64,000 nt of DNA, taken from the NCBI GenBank assembly GCA_963811105.1, contig CAWEPZ010000002.1, positions 320,001-384,000 of the forward strand, written 5' to 3'. Origin of the DNA: Candidatus Bathyarchaeota archaeon. Its GTDB lineage: Archaea; Thermoproteota; Bathyarchaeia; Bathyarchaeales; Bathycorpusculaceae. The first letter of the stretch is position 1, and the number at the start of each line of letters is the position of its first letter. Shown in pieces: positions 1 through 10,351 of this stretch. The translations under genes were made by a program, and so were the position numbers. A model generated the notes under the pieces. It was not told the origin of the DNA. It searched no databases and worked only from the letters and a program-made list of their open reading frames with translations.

Positions 1-1198
1 CCAGCTCCTCAATGGCTTGCTTGACTTTTTCTTCTTGTTTTTTGGTGAGCGGTTCGATGAGGCTTAAAGCTGAATGAGCGACTTTGTCAGCTTCTTCCCG
101 ATTGTAGCGAGTTGAAAATATCTCCACAAAATATTCAAACGCTTTTGTCCTTAAGTCTTTGAATTCGTTCTCGAATATTGATCGTGCGACTTCGTCTGAA
201 ACAGAGGTTTCTTTTAGTTGCACAATTGGGTGAACCAGCAGGGCCTTCTCAGCCGCGTTTCTTATTTTGCCTACATTGATTTCGCCACGGTTTGCCTCGG
301 CTGGTAAAGTGCCTTTTAAAACTGGAATTATAACAGCTCCTTCATCATCGTTCTCTCTTACGCTCTGAACTGCTAACTCCGTGACTCTTTCAGAGGACAA
401 CCCTGGGAAGTCTTGTTCAAGAACGATGAATTTTCGTGGGCATGTAAGCTCAAAAGGTTCTGATGAAATTTCGCACTTCTCGTTAACTGTGACCTTGAGG
501 AAGCCTTTTTGATATTTGGCTTCTCGATAGTCCGCAGTTTCAGTGCAGCCGCTGTAAGCAAGAGTGCCTCCTTTAAACTTGCCTTGATACTGTGCATGCA
601 CATGGCCAGCAGCATAATAGTCAAAGCCGCCTGGCAATAGGTCAGGCGAAAGTTCGGCCTCAATATACGGGGGTTTAACATTTGGCAAATCTACAGCGCC
701 ATGGAAAACCATAATGTTGAATACTTTGCTCTCAGGTGAAGGAGGGTTTTCTGCCATGAACTTTGGCAGCGCCTCTTCAGTCTTGTGCTTGTTATGAAAG
801 TTTGGTATGCCGTAAACGTAGCAGGAATCTGGTTTGCGCCAGCAAGCACCGCTGTGCCTTGGTAAATGATGGATTAATCCTGCGCTATCAAGCGGATAAA
901 GGATTGTGCCTGTTACAGTGTTTGGGGCGGAATCGTGTGAGCCGTCAACGGTCAAGACTGTTATGCCTGCATCTTTGAGGCGCTTGAAACTTCGTATGGT
1001 ATTTTCCAGGGTAACGTTTGAAGGTCTTGGCTGATGAAACAGGTCGCCTGCAATAATCATGAAGTCAGGGTTCAATTCAATGGTTTTTTCGACCAGTTCT
1101 TTGAATGCGTTATCGAAGTCTTGCCTTCTAGCTTCTAGTCCATACTGTGCGTAGCCTAAATGCAAATCTGCAGCATGTACAAAGCTGAACGCCTTCAA
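1..1198 (-). CDS. mre11: Mre11/SbcD-family DNA double-strand break repair nuclease (3' end runs off the window)
   Basis: Not in the ORF track because it is open at the edge. Manual translation from TTG at 1198 gives MKAFSFVHAADLHLGYAQYG...FMIIAGDLFHQPRPS, the metallophosphoesterase motifs I and II. Confidence 0.88.
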   Translation of the reverse strand, partial: MKAFSFVHAADLHLGYAQYGLEARRQDFDNAFKELVEKTIELNPDFMIIAGDLFHQPRPSNVTLENTIRSFKRLKDAGITVLTVDGSHDSAPNTVTGTILYPLDSAGLIHHLPRHSGACWRKPDSCYVYGIPNFHNKHKTEEALPKFMAENPPSPESKVFNIMVFHGAVDLPNVKPPYIEAELSPDLLPGGFDYYAAGHVHAQYQGKFKGGTLAYSGCTETADYREAKYQKGFLKVTVNEKCEISSEPFELTCPRKFIVLEQDFPGLSSERVTELAVQSVRENDDEGAVIIPVLKGTLPAEANRGEINVGKIRNAAEKALLVHPIVQLKETSVSDEVARSIFENEFKDLRTKAFEYFVEIFSTRYNREEADKVAHSALSLIEPLTKKQEEKVKQAIEEL

Positions 1199-1352
1199 TC
1201 GGTCTGACTCCCTTTCTCTTCTCTATGCTCCTGATAGTGGTTGCTTATTCTTAATGTTTATCTTGAATGGAGCTTAGGCGTTTTCTTGTCTTTTAAGGGG
1301 AAAAACATAATACACTTCTTGTGTTTTAGTGTGGAAAGGCGCTTTAGATTAG

Positions 1353-2165
1353 ATGAAATGCCAAGCGTGCATGCAAGAGACTCTTCTTCCGTTTCGCTGT
1401 TCATATTGCGGCGGACAGTTTTGTAGTGCTCACCGATTGCCCGAGAACCATGCATGCCCAAGAATAGATTTCGCTCGATCACAAAGGCAGGGGGCAGTGA
1501 TGACGTCTCAGTCCAATGGGTCTTACAATTACTCGTATGTTTTTGGTCAGCAACCATTCAAACGTAAATATCGAGTCAATTTCAGCAAAAAAGAGCTCCA
1601 GCATTTAACTGTTGCCGGGTTGCTTGTCATAGGCATTGGCTTCTCCATAGGATTATACGGTTTTTTATCTGTGTGGACTTTGGCTATTATGGCTGTTTTT
1701 TCGGGTATAATGACAGCTTCTTTCCTAGTTCACGAAATAGCACATAAAATAGTTGCCCAGCAGAAAGGTATGTGGGCAGAATTCCGCTTAACAACTTGGG
1801 GCGCGGTCTTGACCCTTGTTTCGGTGTTTTTGCCTTTTAAAATGATTTCGCCGGGTGCGATGATGATTGGAGGTACAGTTCATAGCGGTGAGGATATTTT
1901 GAAGATTTCCGTTGCAGGTCCTTTAACCAACCTCATTTTCTCTAGTGCGCTTCTTGGATTAGCATTTGCTACACCATCAAGCGCCTTTGGCCTTATGCTT
2001 TTTTTCGCTGCTTACATCAACTCTTTTATGGCGGTCTTTAATTTGATTCCCTTCGGAATTTTGGATGGATACAAGATTTTCAGTTATAACAAGCGGATTT
2101 GGGCATTGGTTTTCATACCAAGCGCTATTTTTACCGTTGTCACGTACTGGATAATATTTGTATAA
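1353..2165 (+). CDS. AN1-type zinc finger fused to an M50 (site-2) membrane metalloprotease
   Basis: N-terminal CxxC...CxxC...FCxxHRLPENHxC; HEIAH and NLIPFGILDG motifs; several TM segments. Confidence 0.88.
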   Translation: MKCQACMQETLLPFRCSYCGGQFCSAHRLPENHACPRIDFARSQRQGAVMTSQSNGSYNYSYVFGQQPFKRKYRVNFSKKELQHLTVAGLLVIGIGFSIGLYGFLSVWTLAIMAVFSGIMTASFLVHEIAHKIVAQQKGMWAEFRLTTWGAVLTLVSVFLPFKMISPGAMMIGGTVHSGEDILKISVAGPLTNLIFSSALLGLAFATPSSAFGLMLFFAAYINSFMAVFNLIPFGILDGYKIFSYNKRIWALVFIPSAIFTVVTYWIIFV

Positions 2166-2375
2166 AAATGTTTATGTTCTTATTTCGAACGCTAAAAATT
2201 GGTTACCGTATAGTTGAACAACGCCTTGCAAACATTTTTCTTTGATGCCAACCTATTTACAATTCCATTCTACCTATTTTTCCAGACTGGGTGCTTTCAA
2301 ATAAGGTAGGGTTTGGTGAATTTGATATTAATCTACAAAGTTTTATTAAAAGATTATGCTAAAAGGCTTCTTGGT

Positions 2376-2684
2376 TTAGATAAGTTCGATTGTGACGTGA
2401 ACTTCTTCAGGCACGCGGATACGCATGATTCTTCTCATGACACGCTCTTCTGAGTCTATGTCAATTAAGCGTTTATGGATGCGCATCTCCCACTTATCCC
2501 ATGTTGCTGTTCCTTCGCCTGATGGCGCTTTCAGGACTGGGACTCTGAGTCTTTTTGTTGGCAGTGGTACTGGACCGTTGATTTTCACACCTGTTTTCTG
2601 AGCGATGCTTCTAAGTTCTCCGCATACCTCTTCCAGTTTACCGTAATCGGTACTTGTGAGGCGTATTCGAGCTTTTCTTACCAT
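2376..2684 (-). CDS. rpsJ: 30S ribosomal protein uS10
   Basis: [18 protein letters not shown] and [12 protein letters not shown] motifs. Confidence 0.98.
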   Translation of the reverse strand: MVRKARIRLTSTDYGKLEEVCGELRSIAQKTGVKINGPVPLPTKRLRVPVLKAPSGEGTATWDKWEMRIHKRLIDIDSEERVMRRIMRIRVPEEVHVTIELI

Positions 2685-2795
2685 TTTGGTCCATCAATCC
2701 ATTATTTTTCTGTTTAATATATGTTGGTGACACCTTAGACACTTAAGCGGAACATAAAAACCTATCGACATCAGAAACCATCTGCTATTGAAGAG

Positions 2796-3773
2796 CTATA
2801 ATCCCGCCACATAGATTCTTAAAGCCAGAATTGGCAGAACAACAATCAAACCGAACAGCACAGCGGTCAACGTCATCACCCTCAGCGCGCGGTTGATGTG
2901 TTCGGCTGTTGTGCCGTGGTCGTCGCCTAAAATGTAGCAGCCTTGTTTCTCCAGTTGTGTGTCCAACGCTCCTGCCATTGCGGAGATTGTCCAACCTGCG
3001 TTGACACTGGTAGTCTTTCCTTTGTCTCGCATTATAATACGCCGTGATTCACGCCAGTTTTCTCTCAAAAGAAAAGCAGCTGCAACCATCAAATAAGCGG
3101 TTAACCGTGCAGGAATATAGTTAACTGCAGTGTCTAGGTTTGCGCTAAACCAACCTATATTCTTGTTTTCCACGTTTTTGTAGCCAACCATAGAATCCAA
3201 CGTGTTAACCGCTCGGTACGCAAAGGCGCCTGGCACCCCGAAGATAGCAAAAAAGAAAAACGGCGCTGTAATGCCATCCGTAGTGCTTTCAGCTATGGAT
3301 TCCACGGCAGCTGAAATGATTTGTCTTTCATTTAGCGTGTTTGGATCTCGTCTAACAATGAAGGGTAACCATTTGCGTGCTTCAGCTAAATCGTTCTTCT
3401 TCAATGCTTCTGCGATGGGTTGAGTGTAGAAGCCCATACCCTTCACAGCAAATGTTGCCTTAAACAACACTGCGCCCACGATGATGTACGCTAGTTGGCC
3501 GAAGACGCCAAAGGATTGCCTAAGCCAAAAAAGCAGCAAAAACACGGGCAGCGCAACAACCAACACTGTGACGATGACTAATAGGACTCCGTTTGCTTTT
3601 TCAGTCTTGGGATTGGGGCTTTTTGCTTTGAGTTTAAGATAGGTTATGATTTTGCCTATGCCGACGGTTGGGTGAATCCGGTCAGGGTATTCGCCGAAGA
3701 TTATATCAATAAGGAAAGCTAACAGGAAAATAAGAGCAGAATCGATAAACCAAGATAAATCGAAAGTAAACAT
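2796..3773 (-). CDS. cbiB: Adenosylcobinamide-phosphate synthase CbiB/CobD
   Basis: GEYP..HP, ESIAES..DG..APFF, YRAVNTLDSMVGY and NAGW motifs; membrane protein. Confidence 0.93.
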   Translation of the reverse strand: MFTFDLSWFIDSALIFLLAFLIDIIFGEYPDRIHPTVGIGKIITYLKLKAKSPNPKTEKANGVLLVIVTVLVVALPVFLLLFWLRQSFGVFGQLAYIIVGAVLFKATFAVKGMGFYTQPIAEALKKNDLAEARKWLPFIVRRDPNTLNERQIISAAVESIAESTTDGITAPFFFFAIFGVPGAFAYRAVNTLDSMVGYKNVENKNIGWFSANLDTAVNYIPARLTAYLMVAAAFLLRENWRESRRIIMRDKGKTTSVNAGWTISAMAGALDTQLEKQGCYILGDDHGTTAEHINRALRVMTLTAVLFGLIVVLPILALRIYVAGL

Positions 3774-3797
3774 AACTGCTAATCAAGCCCAATCATG

Positions 3798-4928
3798 CTA
3801 TTTCTTCACTGCTTGCTGCAAAGCCTTAATCAGTTGCTCATTCTCCGCTTGAGTTTTAACCGCTACGCGGATATAGAACTCGTCAAGCCCCTGGAAGGAA
3901 GTGCAATCCCGAATCAAAATACTCTTTCTCAATAACTTGTCGGTGAGTTCAGGTGCTGTTAGACCTGACTTGCGAATGTCAATAAAGAAAAAGTTAGCGT
4001 CAGGCGGATAAACCTTGAAGCCTTCTATTTCGCATAATTGAGTTAAAAGTTTGTTTTTCTCTTTTTTGATAAGTTCCCTCGTTACCCTCAAGTGCTCCTC
4101 ATCACCTAGCGCAGCTACAGCAGCAGCCTGCGCCAAACAATTAACATTCCAAGGAATCTTCGCACAAAATAGCAAATCAATGATTCGTTCTGAAGCTATC
4201 CCGTAACCAATCCGCAAACCAGTTAACCCATAAATTTTCGTAAAAGACCTCAAAATAAACAAGTTGGGATAATCCTTAATCTTGCTAATCATAGAGAGAG
4301 CTTTTTCGTTTTCCACAAACTCCAAAAAATCCTCATCCAAAAAAACAAGCGTATTCTGCCCTAAAGCTTTCTCAATTATTTCAGTTAAGGTTTCTGTTGG
4401 AATTAGTATGCCTGTGGGGTTATTTGGGTTGCACAAGAAAATAATTTTGGCGTCCCCTATTTCCCTTTCAAAAGCGGTTGCGTCAATGTTGAAGTTATTA
4501 TTGAGCTTGACGAATTTGGTCACTTCGCCAGTTTTTCTAACAGCACTCTCGTATTCTCCAAAAGTTGGCGCTGGAATGAGTGCTGTGTCGCCTTTCCGCA
4601 TAAAAGTGTCAGCGAACAAGTACATAAGTTCCGTCGAACCATTTCCGACAATAACGTTATTTTTAGTTAATCCAGCGAAGTGGCTGGCAATCGACTGTCG
4701 TAGCGCTACAGAGTTTGAGTCTGGATAAGTTGGGATTTCTTTGAAGCTATTTTTTGCTGCTTCCAAAGCTCGCTTTGATGGACCTAAGGGGTTGACACTT
4801 GAGCTGAAGTCTAAAATTTCTTCTCGCTTAAGCCCACTTTTGCCAGCTGCATCTAGAACCTCGCCGCCATGCACGCATGGTTTGAGTTTCTTTATCCTGT
4901 CTTTGGCTAGGTTTTCAATGGGCTTCAT
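3798..4928 (-). CDS. cobD: L-threonine-O-3-phosphate decarboxylase (HisC-like PLP enzyme)
   Basis: HGG, DFSSSVNPLG, GNGSTEL, CNPNNPTG and RSFTKIYGLTGLRIGY motifs; adjacent to cbiB. Confidence 0.85.
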   Translation of the reverse strand: MKPIENLAKDRIKKLKPCVHGGEVLDAAGKSGLKREEILDFSSSVNPLGPSKRALEAAKNSFKEIPTYPDSNSVALRQSIASHFAGLTKNNVIVGNGSTELMYLFADTFMRKGDTALIPAPTFGEYESAVRKTGEVTKFVKLNNNFNIDATAFEREIGDAKIIFLCNPNNPTGILIPTETLTEIIEKALGQNTLVFLDEDFLEFVENEKALSMISKIKDYPNLFILRSFTKIYGLTGLRIGYGIASERIIDLLFCAKIPWNVNCLAQAAAVAALGDEEHLRVTRELIKKEKNKLLTQLCEIEGFKVYPPDANFFFIDIRKSGLTAPELTDKLLRKSILIRDCTSFQGLDEFYIRVAVKTQAENEQLIKALQQAVKK

Positions 4929-5117
4929 TTTTTGGCTTCATTCCTTCAGCGATGGAGGCTGAAATGCTTAGGTTTCTTTTTAACGTAAATGATATAAATG
5001 TTTGGTTGAATGTTCCATCTACAGATTGTGTTTAGAAAAAACTCGTTTTCGTCTTAATTGCAAAAGGGTTTTGAGAAAGAACACGATAAATGATTACTCA
5101 GCTGGAAGGAAATACAG

Positions 5118-5300
5118 ATGAGCGATAAAATTGACATGCATAAAGTTAAAGAATTAAAGGAAATGTTGGAAAACAGAAAACCAAACGAGCCCGTTGACAA
5201 GATTCTTACGGTATTTTGTGAACGCCACTCAATCTCGTTGGCAACATGCCGCGTTTTTTATAAACAAATGGTTGAAAAAGGCGAAGTAAAAGAACAATGA
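5118..5300 (+). CDS. Small hypothetical protein (helical, possibly wHTH-like)
   Basis: 60 aa; GGAAGG upstream; stop overlaps the next start (ATGA). Confidence 0.65.
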   Translation: MSDKIDMHKVKELKEMLENRKPNEPVDKILTVFCERHSISLATCRVFYKQMVEKGEVKEQ

Positions 5301-6610
5301 ACAAACGTTTGGTTGCCGTAGCCACTGTCCTATTGACCTTGCTGTTTTTATTTTGCCGGATTCAAAAAGTAGAGTCTTCAGCAATACCTTCAGTGCAGTG
5401 GAGCGGCTTCTTCGGTGGACCGAAAACTGAACGGGCTTACAGTTTAATACAAACCGCTGATGGAGGCTACGCTTCAGCAGGAAGTACCAACACCTTTGGC
5501 GCAGGCCAATCCGATTTTTGGCTGATTAAAACAGATTCGTTGGGGAATATGCTATGGAACAAAACGTTTGGTGGACCAAACGATGATGTTGGAGGCGCAT
5601 TAATACAGGCAGATGATGGGGGTTATCTAATTGCCGGTTTAACGGCGTCTTTTGGCGCTGGAGGCTTTGATTTTTGGCTTGTTAAAACAGATTCCTTTGG
5701 GAACATGCAGTGGAATAAAACATATGGCGGAGCGAAAGACGACTTCGCGACTTCCGTCATTAAGACAAGCGGAGGCGATTATGCAGTAGCAGGCTGGACA
5801 AATTCTTTTGGCGCTGGCGGCGAAGACCTTTGGCTGTTAAAAACCGATTCGTCTGGAAACATGATTTGGAATCAAACATATGGCGGGCCATTCAACGATG
5901 AAGCACATGCCTTAACAGAAACGAATGATGGCGGCTATGCCATTGCATGCGACACAGCTTTCCAATCCGGTAATGAAGATTCTTGGCTGGTTAAAGCGGA
6001 TTCAAGGGGAAATATGCAGTGGAACCAAACTTACGGTGGACCACAAATAGATACAGCATTATCTATAGTCGGTATGAATGATGGAAGCTATGTTTTAGCT
6101 GGTTACACTTCATCTTTTGGCGCTGGATTAAATGATGCCTGGTTAATTAAAACAGACGCATCAGGTACCTTGCAGTGGAACAAAACATATGGAGGATCTT
6201 ATGATGATCAGGCATATGCTACGGTGCAGTCCAGCGGTGGTGGCTTTGCTTTGGCCGGACAAATAAGAACATCAGCAAACGGAACCACCAATTATTGGCT
6301 GCTTGAGACTGATTCTTCAGGAAATATGAAGTGGAATAAAACAAACGACGGTTCCTTGGATAATTCTGCTTATGCATTGGTTCAGGCAGAAGATGGCGGA
6401 TTTGCTTTGGCGGGTTTTGCCAACACGCAGGGAAATGCTGAAGATGTATTGCTAGTTAAGATAAATGGAAACGGTGGCGCTGCCGAATTGCCATTACTTC
6501 CAGTTATATCCTTGATAATAGTGATATTGGTTATAGTTTTAGCAGTGATTCTCTATTTTGCCAGAAAAAGCAAGGTACCGCTTAAAACCAGACAATCACC
6601 TTTAAGTTAA
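5297..6610 (+). CDS. Secreted, C-terminally anchored repeat protein (about seven 52-aa repeats, probable beta-propeller)
   Basis: Signal peptide; repeats W(N)KTYGG..D....L.QT.DGGY..AG.T.SFGAG..D.WL.KTDS.GN; C-terminal TM helix followed by a basic tail. Confidence 0.85.
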   Translation: MNKRLVAVATVLLTLLFLFCRIQKVESSAIPSVQWSGFFGGPKTERAYSLIQTADGGYASAGSTNTFGAGQSDFWLIKTDSLGNMLWNKTFGGPNDDVGGALIQADDGGYLIAGLTASFGAGGFDFWLVKTDSFGNMQWNKTYGGAKDDFATSVIKTSGGDYAVAGWTNSFGAGGEDLWLLKTDSSGNMIWNQTYGGPFNDEAHALTETNDGGYAIACDTAFQSGNEDSWLVKADSRGNMQWNQTYGGPQIDTALSIVGMNDGSYVLAGYTSSFGAGLNDAWLIKTDASGTLQWNKTYGGSYDDQAYATVQSSGGGFALAGQIRTSANGTTNYWLLETDSSGNMKWNKTNDGSLDNSAYALVQAEDGGFALAGFANTQGNAEDVLLVKINGNGGAAELPLLPVISLIIVILVIVLAVILYFARKSKVPLKTRQSPLS

Positions 6611-6642
6611 GACGATTGAACGTAAATGCGAGGGAAACTTGG

Positions 6643-7440
6643 TTGAATGAACTTGTCTTTGTAGGGTTAGGATTAAACGATGAAAAAGGCATCAGCATAA
6701 AAGGTTTGGAACAAACTCAGAGCGCCGATTCCGTTTTCATTGAACTCTACACCAGCCTCATGCCCAACTTTAGCCTGCAGCGGTTTGAAGCTTCATGCGG
6801 CAAAAAAGCGCAAATTGTTTTAAGGAGAGAACTTGAAGAAGAAAACGGTGCCGTCATCCTTGAAGCCGCAAAAAAAGGCAAGGCAGTGTTTCTGGTACCC
6901 GGCGATCCATTCATCGCCACTACACATGTTACATTACGTATTGACGCGGAAAAACAAGGCATACGCACGCACATCGTTCATGGTGCATCAATAGTTTCAG
7001 CCATCGTAAGTTTGTCTGGACTGCATATTTACAAATTTGGAAAAACTGTTACTGTTCCATTCCCTGAAAACTTCTCAGAAACCCCCTACAAAGTAATCAC
7101 ACAAAACAAAACTCTTGGTTTGCATACGCTTTGTCTTTTAGATTTGAAGGCAGCTGAAAACCAGTTTTTAGGTATCAACCAAGCTCTCAAAATGCTCCTT
7201 GAAGTTGAAGAGAAAAACAATAAAGGAGTATTTACGCCAACTACCGTTGCGCTGGGCATTGCAAGAGCAGGAAGCGATAATCCCACTTTGAAAGCAGATT
7301 TCATTGAAGAATTAAAGAATTTTGACTTTGGGGAGCCGCCTTACAGCTTGATTTTTCCAGGTGCCCTTCATTTTATGGAGATTGAGGCTTTGATTGCCTT
7401 TGCCGGTGCACCCGTTGAGTTTAGGAGGCTTGCAAAATGA
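6643..7440 (+). CDS. dph5: Diphthine synthase
   Basis: LVFVGLGL, ELYTS, LVPGDPFIATTH, YKFGKTVT and GLHTLCLLD motifs; likely start is TTG 6643. Confidence 0.95.
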   Translation: MNELVFVGLGLNDEKGISIKGLEQTQSADSVFIELYTSLMPNFSLQRFEASCGKKAQIVLRRELEEENGAVILEAAKKGKAVFLVPGDPFIATTHVTLRIDAEKQGIRTHIVHGASIVSAIVSLSGLHIYKFGKTVTVPFPENFSETPYKVITQNKTLGLHTLCLLDLKAAENQFLGINQALKMLLEVEEKNNKGVFTPTTVALGIARAGSDNPTLKADFIEELKNFDFGEPPYSLIFPGALHFMEIEALIAFAGAPVEFRRLAK

Positions 7441-7724
7441 GATTGGAAGCGCTAACAAAGAAGTATATTGTTTCAGCTGAAAAGGTGCTTAAAGAACTGC
7501 AGCAAACAAAGGGATCTATCACAGTAGCAGAACAAGAAGTGGCTGAAGTATTGAATTGGGCAGCTGATTATCTGGAGGATGCAAAGTATTATAAGTCTCA
7601 AGGGAACCTTGAAACCAGCTTAACCTCAGTAGCTTACTGTGAAGGGCTCTTGGATACTCTACGATTATTGGGCGCAGTGAAATTTGAATGGCCAACAAAT
7701 CAGGAAAGAAAAAAGTTGTCTTAG
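7437..7724 (+). CDS. DUF357 family protein
   Basis: YLEDAKYY...SVAYCEGLLD motif; usual dph5 neighbour. Confidence 0.85.
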   Translation: MRLEALTKKYIVSAEKVLKELQQTKGSITVAEQEVAEVLNWAADYLEDAKYYKSQGNLETSLTSVAYCEGLLDTLRLLGAVKFEWPTNQERKKLS

Positions 7725-8149
7725 CATCAGGAGTGTTTGACCTTCTTCATTTGGGGCACGTCAAGTTTTTGGAGGAAGCTAAGAAGTCAGGGGGAGAAAA
7801 CGCGGAGCTGGTGGTTATTGTTGCAAGAGATACTACCGTTGAGAAAACTAAAGGAAAAAAACCCATAATGTCTGAGTATCAACGTCGCGCATTGGTTGAA
7901 TCGTTGAAGGTAGTTAATAGGGCGCTGCTTGGTTTTGAGAATCTTGACATTGGCGAAGTTATTGCTGACGTTAAGCCCGACGTGATTGCTTTAGGATACG
8001 ACCAGGATGACATGGCAAAAGAAGTGCGTAGTTACTTGGATAATAAGAAACTAAATACCATGGTTGTTAGAATTGATAAGTTTGGAGAGAATACTTTAGA
8101 TAGTTCATCAAAGATAAAACAAAAAATAATTGATAAATCCGTCTCTTAA
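7688..8149 (+). CDS. ribL: Archaeal FAD synthase (cytidylyltransferase fold)
   Basis: SGVFDLLHLGH, VIVARD, PDVIALGYDQ and SSSKIK motifs. Confidence 0.88.
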   Translation: MANKSGKKKVVLASGVFDLLHLGHVKFLEEAKKSGGENAELVVIVARDTTVEKTKGKKPIMSEYQRRALVESLKVVNRALLGFENLDIGEVIADVKPDVIALGYDQDDMAKEVRSYLDNKKLNTMVVRIDKFGENTLDSSSKIKQKIIDKSVS

Positions 8150-8163
8150 ACTGGTCGTATAGT

Positions 8164-8775
8164 ATGCCTAACTGCATAAAGTATAAGCCCACGTACATTC
8201 TCATCGCTATAAACGTTGTAGCTTATATTTACACTTCAATCGCGGGCGGAAACGCTCTAGTTACAAGCGTCGTTCCTGTTATCATGTGGGGGCAAGTCAA
8301 CGCGCTGGTTTTTCAAGGGGCGTACTGGCAGCTTTTAACATCCATGTTTGTCCATGCAAGCTTAGCACATATTATTGGAAACATGCTTTTCCTATTCATC
8401 TTTGGCTTACGAGGAGAAGAAATGTTTTCGCTGCCCGAGTATCTTGGTATTTACTTAATCGGTGGCTTGGCAGGAAATTTGTTGTCGCTAGCTTTTGGTC
8501 CAGACTTTGTTTCCGTTGGAGCTTCAGGTGCCATATTTGCTCTGTTTGGCGCAATAGTGATCTATTCTCGTCGTTCTGTTAGGCAATCAATTCTTGGAGC
8601 ACTCGTCTATGCCTTCTTTTTGTTTTTCATAAGTTCAGGAGAAGGCGTAAATATTCTTGCACACCTAGGCGGTTTAGGCTTTGGCTTAATAGTTGGGTTT
8701 TGGCTAGCTAAAACACGAAAACCAAGCGAGGACCTTACGACTAAGCGATCTTATTCTCCTTCTATGCCATTTTAG
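8164..8775 (+). CDS. Rhomboid intramembrane serine protease
   Basis: WQLLTSMFVH, HIIGNM, GASG and AHLGG motifs. Confidence 0.93.
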   Translation: MPNCIKYKPTYILIAINVVAYIYTSIAGGNALVTSVVPVIMWGQVNALVFQGAYWQLLTSMFVHASLAHIIGNMLFLFIFGLRGEEMFSLPEYLGIYLIGGLAGNLLSLAFGPDFVSVGASGAIFALFGAIVIYSRRSVRQSILGALVYAFFLFFISSGEGVNILAHLGGLGFGLIVGFWLAKTRKPSEDLTTKRSYSPSMPF

Positions 8776-9461
8776 GGTGCAATGTAAATTTCGACTTTTA
8801 CTTTGTTGCCGTCTTTGAGGTCTAACTGTTTTCTAAGACATACTGGTGCAATAATTTCCAACACTGACACATCATAGTGGCTGCGCAAAGCAGTTACCAA
8901 GGCGCCCTTAACCTTGTTATCAACGACAACGGGATAGCATTTTACTAACCCAAAAGTTCGGTCTTCATTTTTGAAGCCTGGAATTTCCACCCCTGGATAT
9001 GACTCTATTTCCATCCTCGTTTTAATGTCATAATCACTTGACAACTTGAGGTTTAAGGTGCCTGGGTAAGGCTCAAACCCCAATTTTTCAGTAAACTGTT
9101 TACGATAAGGCTCTTTAGAAATATAATATGCGCCTTCCCCCAAACCTGTGAAAGCAGTTCCTTCCAAAGTCACTGATGGCGGATAAGATTTTTCAACCAG
9201 AAACTTCAAGCTGGAATAAAGCTTCTGCAACTCAACTGTTCCAGCCTCTTCAATTCTAATCAAGCTGCCCTCTGGCGTAATGTTTCGTTGAATCCAACCT
9301 TTACGCTCAAGCTCAATTAGATAGCGTGAGGCGGTCTGCTGGGAAATCCCAAGTTTGCCAGCCAAGTATTCGGTTGAGATTTTAGCGGTTCGCTTGTATG
9401 CGCCCATCTCTGCGAGTTTAAGTAGCATGTAAAGGTGCTGCCAATCGTGTTTTTCGCTCAA
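8772..9461 (-). CDS. ribK: CTP-dependent riboflavin kinase with N-terminal wHTH
   Basis: ISQQTASRYL HTH; GLGEGAYY, PYPGTLN and LEIIAP..LR motifs. Start probably TTG 9461 (ORF track extends to 9578). Confidence 0.93.
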   Translation of the reverse strand: MSEKHDWQHLYMLLKLAEMGAYKRTAKISTEYLAGKLGISQQTASRYLIELERKGWIQRNITPEGSLIRIEEAGTVELQKLYSSLKFLVEKSYPPSVTLEGTAFTGLGEGAYYISKEPYRKQFTEKLGFEPYPGTLNLKLSSDYDIKTRMEIESYPGVEIPGFKNEDRTFGLVKCYPVVVDNKVKGALVTALRSHYDVSVLEIIAPVCLRKQLDLKDGNKVKVEIYIAP

Positions 9462-9628
9462 AGCGTAGTTACTCCAATAGAGTAGAAAGTAAGCGGTGTG
9501 AATATTTAAGCGGCTCGAAAATCTTACGGTGAAGTTCCAGACAGATAAATCGAAAAAAGCTAAATCTTTGGGATTCAATAATTCTATTGAACTTATTTTG
9601 CTAAATCCTGTGGACGGAAATCAACTGT

Positions 9629-10351
9629 ATGAGCGTTTTTGACGAAATGGGTAAGTACTGGGCAGAGATTGCTGACCAAAACCAAACTGAGCGACAAATC
9701 CAATTCTTACAAGAAATGCTGAAAGAGAATGGATGGGTTTTGGACCTTGCCTGCGGAACTGGAAGGCACCTGATTCCCCTAAGCAAAGAGGGCTATTCTG
9801 TAGTTGGCTTAGATATTTCGCCTAATCTCTTGAGAATAGCGAAGAACCGTTGGCGGGAGGCGCAACTTGTCAGAGCAGACTTACGGTTTTTACCCTTTCA
9901 GCCAGATGCTTTTTCTGCAGCAGTAAGCATGGACACGAGTTTAGGCTATTTGCCCTCCGAGCAAGAGGACCAGCAAAGTCTCCGCGAACTGCGGGCGGTA
10001 GTACATAGGGATGGCGTTTTGATAGTTGATGTTTTTAACTGTAAACGACTAATCAAAAGATACCAAACCAACGGCGAACATAAACGGCGTGAGTATGCGA
10101 GCTTTTTCCTGCTGCAAGAACGCATGGTAACCACGGATGGCAGCAGACTCCATGATTTGTGGACTGTTTGTGACAAGGCGGATGGGCATATTAGGGTTTT
10201 TGAGCATATTGCCCGCCTCTATACTCTCGGTAGTTTGCAAGGCATGGTGGAGAAGGCTGGTTTCAGCGTTAAGGCGGTTTACGGCGATTATGAAGGGCAA
10301 CCCTTCAGCTCTGAATCAAGCAGGCTCATCTTTATCGCCAAAGCTTTCTAA
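9629..10351 (+). CDS. Class I SAM-dependent methyltransferase
   Basis: VLDLACGTGRH and GLDIS motifs. Confidence 0.9.
   Translation: MSVFDEMGKYWAEIADQNQTERQIQFLQEMLKENGWVLDLACGTGRHLIPLSKEGYSVVGLDISPNLLRIAKNRWREAQLVRADLRFLPFQPDAFSAAVSMDTSLGYLPSEQEDQQSLRELRAVVHRDGVLIVDVFNCKRLIKRYQTNGEHKRREYASFFLLQERMVTTDGSRLHDLWTVCDKADGHIRVFEHIARLYTLGSLQGMVEKAGFSVKAVYGDYEGQPFSSESSRLIFIAKAF

Noticed and set aside
373-978. ORF-track entries 373..681 (-) and 763..978 (+)
   Set aside because: They are shadow frames of the edge-truncated mre11 gene, which has clear motifs.
5400-6460. About 156-nt periodic repeats as a CRISPR array or DNA tandem repeat
   Set aside because: They are degenerate in-frame coding repeats with no identical direct repeats or spacers.
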